Shown: positions 1 through 17,455 of the stretch, piece by piece
Layout of the letters: every line of letters begins with the position of its first letter
Numbering within the stretch: the first letter of the stretch is position 1
Assembly: GCA_051047955.1 (NCBI GenBank)
Contig: JBPGPT010000010.1
Coordinates: forward strand, 124,001 to 188,000
DNA from: Cystobasidiomycetes sp. EMM_F5
Lineage: Eukaryota
Direction of reading: 5' to 3'
Length of the DNA stretch: 64,000 nucleotides
The notes under the pieces: model-generated
Told to the model about the DNA's origin: nothing
Seen by the model: only the letters and a program-made list of their open reading frames with translations
Database searches by the model: none
Position numbers and translations under genes: made by a program

Positions 1-1813
1 TGTAGATTGCCGGTATCTTTCTCGTCGCTGAGCTTCGGGTTTGGCACTCCAGGTGGTATGCGTGGGGTTTCCTCATCCGCGTCGAGATCGTCTGTCGGAG
101 GTCGAGTCTCCTCGGAGAGAGGATCGCGTACCTCCCTCAAGCAGTCTCCAAATATTCCAGCCCGGTGAAGGTATGGCTTGGTATCGAAAAATGCGATATC
201 ATCCATGTTTGGCATGACGATGGACTCGGCAACCTGTAATTGAATATATGTCAGCCTATAAAATACTTTGATGGCTGACGATTGCCATACAAGCTCGCGT
301 AAACGAGATTCCATTGGCTTCGTAACCATTGACCACTTGATCTGCCTAGTCGAAACGACTGGCTCGACGCTAATGACCATTCTCGGCGCATGAGTAAAGG
401 AAAACCACAGTCGATTAGAAGGTGGAGGGTTGATCTTGAAGACCATTGTGCCTTCAAGCTCTTTCAAGACTACAGCCAGTACCAAACTAACACTATATGA
501 TTTGAAGCGGGTTCCAAGATCTGCAAATCCATCCCGTAAGTGTGAGTCATTATTCCTTGATAGCGACGTTGCTTACTCAAGGTAGCAACTGTACCTATAG
601 TAATACGAAACTCGCCGACATACTTGACATGCATTTCCATGCTTGCCGAACCATCAGACTTGAGCTCGCGTAGTAACGGCTTGCTGAAGAATGGTGTTGT
701 GACTCCGACGTTGGCTTCCTTAACGACAATATCGCTCAAGAAGCTGGGCTTGTTGACTTTGTTGAGCTTCCGGACTAGCTTGCGGATAATGTAGTTCTCC
801 ACAGCAGATGTTCCTGGCAAGTCCAGTCGCATCAGCCAACCATACAGTTCCGTGTGGAGGTGAAAAAGAGGCGTACTATACACAGAAAAAAACAAGCGGC
901 CGATCATGGCATTCAGCCAGCGGGTCGGTATAGGATCCGGTTGTTGGTCAATAGCATCAACAAGGCGAGTCATGTCCGTTGGATCAAACAGCAGCCTGTC
1001 CTTGGCCAGATCTTCGGGATGTTCCAGCCGTGAGGCATTCAGGAGGTGATGATACCAGTCTTCTTTCTGGTGCGTGTATGTAGTCCAAATGTACCAATTC
1101 TGGTTCTGCCCGTGTTCCGATGTGTCTGCGCCTGTACCAGCATTTTGACGATGCAGCGGATTGGAGCCATTTGATAGATACAAAGGATCGCGCGGTCGCA
1201 GGCATATCGCGTTGCGCTTCATGAAAAGCTCTCCTTCTATCAGTCCTTCCGGGTAAATGACGACATCACATAAAGTAAGCGGGATGGCTGCGCATATTTC
1301 CGCTTCGTGTTCGTCAGAATACAGGTATAGCGCTGTATCCTTCAAAACAGCGTAGTAGCGGTCCTTGTACTTTGCTCTTTTGGGATCTAGTTTACGGGAT
1401 TCCATAAATGACCGAGTAAACGAGTTGATGGATTCCATGTAAGTCCCTTTCGCAGCCGGTATATCCGCGGCGACACTGCTAGAAGAAGCTGCATTCGGTG
1501 CTGCCCCATTGCTAGCGACTTCAGTCGCATTTGCTACCGCCGTGGCAGCAGCAGCCGAATTGAATGTCCGGCGAGCTATTATCCAACCACGCGGAGCTCT
1601 ATTGGGGCTGCCCGCATCTTTCGTTACAGACGTAGCATCGAAGCCATCGTCGACCTTGTCCTTGCCGGTGAGAAAGTCACGGCCTCTGTCAATTGCAGGC
1701 CGAAACGACGTATGCCGGTAGTAGATGTAGACGAGCGACGCTGCAAGCAGGATGGGGAGAAGCGTCACACCGCCAAAGATGTAGGCCGCAATGAGAGTCC
1801 ATGGCAGTCCCAT
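1..1813 (-). CDS. Nvj2/TEX2-like membrane contact-site lipid transfer protein (N-terminal TM, PH, SMP domain); 3' end runs off the window
   Basis: N-terminal TM (LIAAYIFGGVTLLPILLAASLVYIYY), PH-like segment (RYYAVLKDTALYLY...QKEDWYHHL), SMP motifs (TRWLNAMIGRLFF; KLNKVNKPSFLSDIVV; downstream PPSNRLWFSFTHAPRM). Several short introns, e.g. 814-876. Confidence 0.8.
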
Positions 1814-2031
1814 CGCATGTGTACAGTCATGGGCTGGTCATTTGGTAGTGACCTGTGAGACATGGACAGGCGTGGCAAACGAGCAATGACGGATTGGACC
1901 GTAGGCGTTGACACGCTTTGTACGGATTATGCCGGAGCAGACTCTTTCGTCTCTCATTATGCATTGCGAATACAACTACTACTCCTCGAACGTTGGACTC
2001 AGGATGAATGGCATTACAGGACATGAGATAC

Positions 2032-8228
<6,197 letters not shown>

Positions 8229-8475
8229 GGTTGCAGAATCATCTGTTAACCTGCAAGGGTTGTTCGCAGCGCAATGACGGACTTGGGCAAAATATCGCGA
8301 AATGACTTGGCTGGAACCGCGTCAGACAAAGTACATCATCAGACTCGACAAAGCTGACGTTTGGGCTTGTGCAAACAACTGCTCATGAGTCGACCGTCCT
8401 GTGCTGGCATTACTCTCTACAGTGTACAGCATGCTTGCAGTTTGCGACTAACAAAAAACCGAAAGTTTGGTTTAT

Positions 8476-10025
8476 CTACGCCTTGATGGCTGCAGCTCGT
8501 TGCTTCTGAGCTTGTGCAATAGCATGCTCTTTTGAGATCAGATGCGATGTAGACTCGACCAGGGCCTGTTTTGCGAGTCAGCCTACATGATGAATGGCAG
8601 CAATCACATCACTTACCATCAACTTGCCGACATCTCTACTCCACTCATTGAGAACCTTGTAAGTTCCCTTGTTGGAATCCTGGAAGTCGACTACACCCAG
8701 CGGCCTGTCAATCTTTGCAAGGACCTGTTTGCTGACAACCATTTGCGACAGCGACGTTTCCGTCACCTTTACATCCTGATCAAGCAGCTGTGACAGACGG
8801 TTGAGAGATATCCTGGTGTAGTATTTCGCAATTGTCCGAATATTGTGCTCGACGAATCGCTTTTGGAGTTCGGCAAACCGCTTGTCGCCTTGCCCTGAAG
8901 TAATCTCCTCTTCGATATCACCTTCGACACCTTGTGTTCCGTTTGCTCCAAAGACTCTTGTCTCTCGCAGTCCGGGTCCATACAGACTCTCGATACGCGG
9001 CCAGCGCGTTAACTCCGGTGTCGTAAAGCACTTTGCCAAATTCAGGCACTCAGGTAACCGAGCCAGTCGTTCATCTTCGTTCTTGAGCGTGCGGTGTAAA
9101 AAGTCGTTTTGGTCATTGTCGAAAGGCGCTAGGATGATGAAGAAGATAATGTTGCGAAGGATGGGTTGCCATTTATCCTCAGATGTAGTGATGGAGGGTG
9201 TGGTGTAGACGGATTGATAATGTTTGGCAACTTCGAGGTATTTCGACAGATGTAGACAGTATTGAATCATCAAGCTATAAAACTTGAACTTGAGATCTTC
9301 ATTCGCTTCCTCCTCTAGCCATTTTGTATTGATCTTCTTGCTGACGATGCCTAGCATATCCCAATTGTCTTTCGCTCGCAGTAATCGCATCTGCTCAAGG
9401 ATGATTTCAAGCTTCTCTCTCCGCTCCATCGACGCAAATGTCTCGACCTGTAGCTCTTGTAGGAGATCTGAAGCGGAAGTGACGTCTCCAGAGGCCTCCT
9501 TGATACTGGATAGCAGCCGCGTCACTCTCGCTCGTGGCACTTCGAGGTAGATCTGTTTTACGCAGTGTGTCAGTGAATTGCATTATGGGGCCCTGTATAG
9601 ACGGGCCGTATATAAACGTGTTATATATTTTCTGGACCTACTTTGCCTTCCGTAACTTCACGCAGGGTTTCAATCAATTTCAGCCGCTTGTCGGCGTCAT
9701 TCTCCAGTTCTGGCAGCCATTCCATAGCCTTATCGACCATCCTCCTAACCGCCTCGCGTAATTGACCATGTTTCCTGCTCAGGGCGGATAATTGGGTATT
9801 GACTCCATCGTAGTCATTGGCGGCATGGAGCAGTTCGATAATCTTGATCAAGACTCTTGACGTGCTCGACAAGTCTGCAGCACCCCGAGTCTGCTTCTCG
9901 AGCACCAACAGCCGCTCGACCTTTGCTGACGCGGTCTGCTCATTGTCGCCGTCCAAACTTGCAAACAGCTCGTCGGCCTCTTTCGTGTAGTCGTGCTCCT
10001 GCTTGCGAGGTGCTAGATCCGACAT
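8476..10025 (-). CDS. RPN5: 26S proteasome lid subunit Rpn5 (PSMD12)
   Basis: LLVLEKQTRGAAD, KHGQLREAV, LIETLREVTEGK, ELQVETFASMERREK and PCI-domain EHNIRTIAKYYTRI...AKIDRP; 2 introns. Confidence 0.95.
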
Positions 10026-10168
10026 GGTGAACGAGGTATGCTGTTGGTTGAGAGTGCAGCCTGACTTGCACCAGCCATAGTCAAGTACCGTTCGATCATG
10101 CCAAAATGATGGGCATGGCTTCATTTCGCATTCAAGCGTGACTTCACTCCTGCAGCCAGTTCTGAATC

Positions 10169-11358
10169 ATGTCATCTAATGAGCTCAGCGACGTAGTCTC
10201 ACAGCTCGGGAGCTCGCTCAATGATGTCGAAAAAGTCATGGCAGAGCTGTTGGAACGTCCGCTCGCCGAAACATTGGCTAGCCTGCCCGGACCCATCGAG
10301 AGAGCAAAGTTGATGTTCTGGATTACTTATACCATCCATAGCTGCTCGTGGAGTTGGTCGAATTTACTCACATTGCTCGAAACTTGGACTGATGAATAAA
10401 CGTAGTGCATGCGAAATTACAAGCAACAGATCCACAAGAGACGGGAGTAATGGACGAGCTAGTCAGTCAAGCGTACTAGGTCATTGAGGCTATAGTGACC
10501 AGAACGATTTTACAGAATCGCATAAAGAGCTACAATGGTAAAATCAACGCTGCACAAAAGGCCGGTACTGCTTCGGCAGATGAAACAGAAGCGACGACCA
10601 GTCAAAGTTTGTCCACACTTGATCTGCAACGTGCACACCGGTTGCAGAGCTAATTTGGTGGTTATCCAGGAAATATGAAACTAGACAAGGATGCCGCTTC
10701 CCGGTTTATAAAGGCCGCCATATCGAATCAGCCCAAAACAAAGTCGAGCAATAAAGCTCTGTATACTGTAAATGTAACCGTGTCAGATCCGTTGGATGGA
10801 CCCGGCAAACATAGTCGATTTAGTACCTATGGTCGACAAGACGATTCACGAAAACAAGCGGAGAATAGCGGAGACCGCTCAAGCAGCGAAGATGAAGATA
10901 TCAGTATAATCAACGGGGACGAAGATACACAGCAGGCTGGAAGTGCTGGCGTCGAAGCGAATATGCCCAAAAGGGAGAAGCGGAGTAAAACGAGCCAGTC
11001 AGAGGATGTTAAGGGCAAGAAGCGCAAACGGGCAGATGCTGAAGGTCTTCCCTCGTCTCTGGAGTCTGATATTGCACATGCCGTATCAGCGGTCCCTTCA
11101 GGTATGCGTTCGCTTCAGGAGTGCTCTCCGCAAATGTCGACTGAAGCTATGACAGACGAGACCGCAGCGGCAGAGGCTGAACGCCAACGGAAGAAGGATA
11201 AAAAGGAGCGGAAGGAGCGGAAAAAGAATAAGCTTGCAGCGGCAGAGAATGCGGGGACGAGCAGTGCGCAGGCTAGCTCGACAGAGGCTGATGAACTCGC
11301 TCGCAAAGAGAGGAAGAAGGAGAAGAAGCGGTTGAGAGCTCTACAGCAGCAGCAGTAG
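10169..11358 (+). CDS. C1D/Rrp47(Lrp1) nuclear exosome cofactor (Sas10/Utp3/C1D family) with Lys/Arg-rich tail
   Basis: Spliced product has PIERAKL...YTIHS...DP...VMDEL-NRIKSY...KLDKDAASRFIKAAI; KKEKK-rich C-terminus; 3 introns. Confidence 0.8.
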
Positions 11359-11456
11359 TCGTAGATTCGTTGCGCGTAGACTATTAATCATTAGACATTT
11401 ATTGCAATCACCAGACGAGACCAGCGTATGTCTTTCGTTCCGACCGACTCTGATCT

Positions 11457-13117
11457 ATGCAAGCGTTTCGCACGCAGACACTTCTCTGCCGAAATTTGTG
11501 TCTGATCCAAAATGCTTCATGCAGCTTGCCTGCCTGTCCTGTTCGTCGTTCGTACTCGTCCATAAATCTTGCACAATTCGCGTCCGCTACAGAAACCAAG
11601 ACTCTGCCGACACCGCGACCCGACTATGCAAAGTTCCTCAACGATCCTGAAGCAGTGCTGCAAAGTATCAAAGCGCGCGGCTCTCTGTCGGCTGGCAAGA
11701 ACGCTGCAGACCTAATCGAATCTATTGCCAAAGGACGTGCAAAAGTTATTCGACTTCAAGACGAGATCCGCGAGTTACAGACTGAAAGAAACCGGATAAC
11801 AAAGTTGCTGGCAGATAAGAGTACATCTGTTGCAGACAGAACGGCTGCGAAAGAGAAAGCTGTCAACATCCGCAACGACCTGCGTGCAGCTGAGAAGGCT
11901 CATGACAATGAACAAGAAAGGCTTTTGCCCGTAGCATTTCAAATACCCAATGACATCGCTCCAGACACGCCAGTGGGGCCGTACGACTCTCACATCGAAG
12001 TGCAGACAACTCATCACATTACCGAAAAGGGTGGATCACCTCAAGCGGACGACAAAGCAGATCATGTTGCGCTGCTAGGACTGCTAGGCTGGCTCTACAT
12101 GCCCACACATGTCACTGGCTCTAGCTGGCCTTATCTGCTTGGAGGAGGTGCTCTGCTCGAGATGGCTTTGGTCCGATACGCCCTGCATATGGCTATACAA
12201 GCTGGCTACACTGTCGTCTTCCCGCCGGACGTTGTCAAGAACGACATAGTCAGGTCTTGTGGATACGCTCCCAGAGATACCGGCGAGGAGTCTCAGACCT
12301 ACTTTGTCTCGCGCTTGAATGAGGGAAACGGGCAGGCTGCGGAATTGGCTCTGGCGGCTACTGCCGAGATTCCTCTCGCTGGAATGTTTACAGACAAGCT
12401 CTACAGAAATCCGGAAACGGAACTTCCCATCAAGGTCGTGGCTTTTGGGCACGCATTCCGCGCCGAAGCTGGATCTCGAGGAAAAGACGCACGGGGACTG
12501 TACCGCGTGCACCAATTCACAAAGGTTGAGCTATTTCAAGTCACAAAGGGCGATGTAGATGTCAGTGGTAAGGCACTGCAAGAGATGAAGAGTCTGCAAT
12601 GGACCATTCTTGAGCAATTGGGTTTGCCGTTGAGGTAAGTCACGGAGAGGTTTGAAAGATTATATGGATAAAAGCTTGACAAGCGTGCCATCTATATAGA
12701 CTACTCGACATGCCAACGCAGGAGTTGGGAGCTGCAGCATACAAAAAGTATGACATTGAGGCCTGGATGCCCGGACGAGGTAGTTGGGGAGAGCTCGCTT
12801 CGGCTTCGAACTGTACCGACTTTCAAGCACGCCGACTTGGTATCAGACACTCGCCCTTGTCTTCTGATGCGCAGGCAAGGAACCAATTTGCGCACACCCT
12901 GAATGCAACTGCAGCTGCCATCCCAAGATTGATAGTCGCACTGGTCGAGAATGGGGCTCGCTTTAACGAGCAGGGTGACTTCACTTCCCTTGAGCTGCCC
13001 GAATGTCTGCGACCTCATTGGATCGGCGGAGAAGCATCTCAAGACCAGACGAAAATATCCCTCGTTGGCGGGCTTAAGAAAGATCAGGACATAGTGTTGC
13101 AGTGGAAGGCACCATAG
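11457..13117 (+). CDS. DIA4: Mitochondrial seryl-tRNA synthetase
   Basis: Presequence-like N-terminus, coiled-coil arm, LAATAEIPL, FRAEAGSRGKDARGLYRVHQFTKVEL, KYDIEAWMPGR, SASNCTDFQARRL, HTLNATAAAIPR; 1 intron near 12635-12700. Confidence 0.93.
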
Positions 13118-13138
13118 ACATCGCCTGCCGTTTCTGAA

Positions 13139-14968
13139 TCAATAGAAATTGCCTGCGAAAGCAAGAATCACGGCGCATGCTAGGTAAGTGACCTGCAAAG
13201 CCGTCGCCAACCGAGTTCCCGAATGGTGGCTGATATTTTCCGCCAGCGAAGCTGGTGTCTGACCAAGATCGTATCCGTCGTATTCATCCGATGGCGTGGT
13301 CGCGTTGTTCGACGCGATGGGCGGCTGTCGCTGTTTCCCGCTGTTGGTGCACCTCAAATGGCATTTTGATGCCCACGATGTAGGGTCGGCCATGGTGCCA
13401 CTGTCAGGGCATTGTGCAGAAGACATGGGATCTGTCTGACAGTCATTGAGAGTCCATGGCGCTGAGCCCTTGGGGAACATTCCTCCAAAACGATTTCCTT
13501 GCAGTCTGAGGCTGGCTATGACAGGCAGATCTTGTATGTCGGGAAATACGCCCGTTAGCTTATTACGAGAAAGATCCCTGCCAAGCAGTACAATGTGTTA
13601 GCAGAATAGTAGATCTGAAAGCAGGAGGGACATACAGGATTTTCAGTTTCTTGCCTCCTGCTAAGGGTGGGACCGAGCCTTGAAGCGAGTTCCGGGCTGC
13701 TGCGAACAGCGTGAGATTTACGAAGGATCTTATATCCGGTACTGCTACGCTAAGGGCATTGTCGCTCAGCACAACGCGTTGTAAACGTGTATTCGCGCTA
13801 ATGTTGAGGTATGTGAATTGATTGTGCCCGGCGTAAAGATCGACAAGCTGCCAGGCATTAGGAAACAGGAGCGATCCAGACAAGGAATTATTTCCAATAT
13901 GTACGGCTTTAAGGCTCGCCAACGTCCGGAGGCTTTCAGGTAGCGGCCCGCTCAATTGGTTGCTGTCAATACTCAAATAGGCCAGCCGTGGGAGAGAGCC
14001 GAATGAGTCCTGCAGACTGCCGGATACTGCATTACGTGATAGATTTCTGCAGATTTTTATCAACTCAGTCAGCTTCGCAGCCTTCATTCAGCATCTTGGA
14101 CAGCTCACAACGTTGTCAAAGTATTCACACTGAATAAGGCGGACGGAAACTGCCCACGTAGACCGTTGCTAGCGAGCTGCAATGCTGTCATGTTGCTGTC
14201 TTCGTCGCAAGTAACGCCATGTCTGCGACAGCATGTCCAGCTGTCGGTCGCAGGTTGCCATCCTGTCTTGTTTTTCCAATTGTCTCCGTCAAGATCTTGA
14301 TACACTTGTGACAAGACGGTGCAAAGGTCCGCTGCTTCGTCTGAATCTTGACGAGAGGCTTGATTGGACGGTGCAGGTGTGCGGTAAGGTGGACTGCTGG
14401 GCTCCGTCACAGAAGGCGACCATTGTACAGCAGAGGTTAGGGTTTGCCATTCAGGCTTCGCTGTAGTAGTGGTGGAGTCTTGCCAGGCATCATCCCACGG
14501 ATGTGCGTTACCTTGCGGGCTATCATGGCTCTTGGTGTGTGGTTGTGTTTGCTTTGTCTGCGGCCTTTGAGTACGCGTTGAGGTTGGCGGATCATCGTCG
14601 CTGCGGCCGTCATTTTCTGCCTGGTTCTCATCACTGTCCCCAGAGTCACCTTCCTCGTTGTCGTCATCAGCTTGAGAATGGCGATTTCTGCGTTTCTTGA
14701 GTCCCATTGGCAGAAGAGGATGTGGCTCGGAATCTTCTGCTGGCCTTACACACTTTGGTGAGATCCAGCTTATACAGAGATCGAGGTGGCTTGGCTTTCC
14801 GGTATGGTCGGGTGAATCACGAGCGACAATACGTTGAGAGCGTTGGGTTGCAGGAGCCAATAAAGGCCTATTGACAGGCGTCTCGAAAGCTTCTACTAGG
14901 GAATTGAAAACTATCAGCAGGAGTATCGCACGTAGAGACTGGCTCCTGGCCAGCAGGGCCGCCCGCAT
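13139..14968 (-). CDS. Secreted, probably GPI-anchored leucine-rich-repeat protein with plant-type LRRNT cap
   Basis: Signal peptide, S/T/P- and acid-rich linker, cap DGDNWKNKTGW...CCRRHGVTC, repeats of the LxxLxLxxNxLxGxxP type (LAYLSIDSNQLSGPLP), hydrophobic C-terminus; 2 introns. Confidence 0.85.
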
Positions 14969-15251
14969 CTTCTGAAAATCGAGGAGGGGAAAGGCAGCGA
15001 CCAGCGCCGTCTATGAAGATTTAAGTCAGATGAAAGAGCGACGATGGATTGAGGAATGAGTGCGCTGGCGCATACATGGACGTTAGTACGCGTTCTGTGG
15101 CGGGCCTGCGCAAAGATGCTGCATGAACATGGCGGGTGCCATTCTTGACGTCAATAGAGAGGCTCAGATCTGTCAGACAGGTGGTCCCACCGCGTTACGC
15201 GCGGTAGCCATTGACGTTGGTATCCGGAAAAACACTTCAAATTTCTCAGCT

Positions 15252-17300
15252 ATGACGGCCCTTCAGCTCAAACCACCGATGCCAACGTATGTCAGTCAAT
15301 GGGAACCCAAGAGGGAGCTGCAGAATGCCAAGTTTGAAAGCTACAAGCTCAGTTTCAGTGACGATGACGATACGGGTGCGGATGACGAGGTTTTCGAGAT
15401 CAAGCTGCCATCAAATGCTGGACTCCCCGGCCGAACGCTCCAAGCAGAATCTGACGCTAACCTAGGCTTTAAAGAGGCCAGAAACCGTGCGAAATGGAAC
15501 CATCTGGCCTGCGGTAGAGGAGCGGAAGTCGCTTGGATAGATTGTGAAGGATCATTTTGGTTGCTAAACCTGCAAGACGTAAGTCCTGGATCAGCAGAGG
15601 TCGCTGCTAGCAGGCTAATTACTATGGTCTCGGCGTGTCAGCCCGCGACTGCCCAGGCTCAGTTCATCCTTCAGTTGCCGCAGCCCATAGAAGCTGTGGC
15701 CAGCTCGTCCAGGTCGCCAGCCGAATATCCCGTGGCTCGTCACGTTCAAGGCGCAATATGGATTGCGACTGATGGCCTGGGCAGAGCCTACACTATCGAC
15801 GTCGAAGCCAAGGCACTTCGGGCGACCTTCGAATTAAGTCTTTCCGGTAGTGACGGCATCACACCTTTCCGCTTGCAAGCAATCCAGCCGGTATCATTGA
15901 GTGAAGTCCAGCTACTCATGTCAACTATGTCTGCGGCTGCATCCAAAGCTCTACGGTATCGTGTGATCATCGGAAAGATTGGTCTGCAACAAATGTGTGA
16001 AGCGCAACAGATTGTAGTGTTGACCGAACTGAGCGGGTCCGACCTCCCGTCGTTCTCCATGTTTCTCGACGGAAAATGCTGCATCGGCGCGACTGATGTT
16101 TTTACGGCTTCAGAGCAAGACGCGGATATCATCCAGCTTGAATCAGAAAGCTTGACAGCAGAATTCATCGGGACCCCCGTCGAAGCGCGCGAATCTACCG
16201 CACTCGATTCAACTACAGCGGCTGCAGCGACAAGCGAGCCATCAAATCCGCCGTTCTCGTGGACGCAAGACTTGGAGACTGTTACACTCATGTTTCCGCT
16301 TCCGTCTGAAACCGCTACGAAAGACATCAAGATAGTGTTTAGGCGGAACGATATCTCACTCCTTATCACGAACGACGCAGTACCGGGAACAACGAGCTTC
16401 ACGACGCCACGATTGCTGCAGGCCAAGCTGTGGGATACCATTGATGCGGGGGTCTCGACCTGGACCTGGGAGCCTGCAACAAGCCACTTCGGGGCTTTGT
16501 GCCTTCATCTAGAGAAGAAGAATGAAGGAGTTCGATGGACCTACGTATTCAAACAAGACGATGCAAGCGTTGGCAAACTATACCACACTGTGGAAGAGAC
16601 CCTTGACCGCTCGCAACTGCTCGCAATTACCGAAGCAATGGAGAAGTATACAGCAAGTGGCCCAGAAGCTCCCCACGCGGAACAAACGCGCGACAATGCG
16701 CAAAAAGGAGGCATCCTTGGCGAATTCGACGAGGATTTGGATTTCACTGATGGCAGCGAGGGCAGAAACATGGTCTTTACGTATGTGAGCGGTCTGAATG
16801 GCCCTTCACTGCCGCAGACGAGTCACAATACGGAAGCCGTCGAGATCATTTCGATGCCCATAACAACCAATTCCATCATTGAACGCGGCATTCTCATCAA
16901 ACACGATGTTGACGCAATGCTGTTCACGGCATCGTCAGTAGAGCCTGTATCTTGGACGCATCGAACGACATATCCAGCTCTTGCTTTCATTCTCGCTTCC
17001 AAACGCGATGTTAGTCACGTCTATCATATTGATCATCGGTTGTGCTTTGGGCTGGAAACAGGATTGCCTGCTCAGCACGCGAACACCGCTACTTCCTCCT
17101 CTGCGAAACGCAATGCCTACCTCTACTACCCACCTCCTCCAGGTTCATCCGCTCGCACGGCAAGGCAAAAGTTATATAGTCTCGGCAACCCTTCCTTCGG
17201 TGCGATACTTGGGGCAGTTGCTATCAACAGGCCGCAGAACAGGATAGATGTGGCAGTACTTTGCGAAAAGGCAGTAGTTGTCTTGTCTGAAGTGCTATAA
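15252..17300 (+). CDS. NUDCD1: NudC-domain-containing protein 1 (CS/p23 domain)
   Basis: CS domain PPFSWTQDLETVTLMFPLP...LWDTID...STWTWE...LHLEKKNEGVRW; C-terminal KHDVDA and TYPALAFILASKRD. Likely in-frame intron 15579-15641. Upstream in-frame ATG at 15123 is an alternative start. Confidence 0.82.
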   Translation: MTALQLKPPMPTYVSQWEPKRELQNAKFESYKLSFSDDDDTGADDEVFEIKLPSNAGLPGRTLQAESDANLGFKEARNRAKWNHLACGRGAEVAWIDCEGSFWLLNLQDVSPGSAEVAASRLITMVSACQPATAQAQFILQLPQPIEAVASSSRSPAEYPVARHVQGAIWIATDGLGRAYTIDVEAKALRATFELSLSGSDGITPFRLQAIQPVSLSEVQLLMSTMSAAASKALRYRVIIGKIGLQQMCEAQQIVVLTELSGSDLPSFSMFLDGKCCIGATDVFTASEQDADIIQLESESLTAEFIGTPVEARESTALDSTTAAAATSEPSNPPFSWTQDLETVTLMFPLPSETATKDIKIVFRRNDISLLITNDAVPGTTSFTTPRLLQAKLWDTIDAGVSTWTWEPATSHFGALCLHLEKKNEGVRWTYVFKQDDASVGKLYHTVEETLDRSQLLAITEAMEKYTASGPEAPHAEQTRDNAQKGGILGEFDEDLDFTDGSEGRNMVFTYVSGLNGPSLPQTSHNTEAVEIISMPITTNSIIERGILIKHDVDAMLFTASSVEPVSWTHRTTYPALAFILASKRDVSHVYHIDHRLCFGLETGLPAQHANTATSSSAKRNAYLYYPPPPGSSARTARQKLYSLGNPSFGAILGAVAINRPQNRIDVAVLCEKAVVVLSEVL

Positions 17301-17455
17301 CAAAGTGAACTGGCCGAAAAATACTCAACAGCCGTTGAAAAGCATATCTTTGATCGCCTGATTACCATCGACATGCTTTCCATAGTTCGGTCTTGATAAG
17401 CAGCGCCTGTCATGGATTGATTGCTACGTTGGTGCAGGCCTTACGTGTGTACAGA

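Noticed and set aside
10026..10124. Upstream in-frame ATG extension of RPN5
   Set aside because: Not targeting-peptide-like and would occupy most of the shared promoter; the ATG at 10025 has a better context (accATG).
15579..15641. Several stop-free introns of length 3n (also 814-876, 33257-33313, 35673-35723)
   Set aside because: With roughly a hundred ~60-nt introns in the window, a handful of in-frame stop-free ones is expected by chance.
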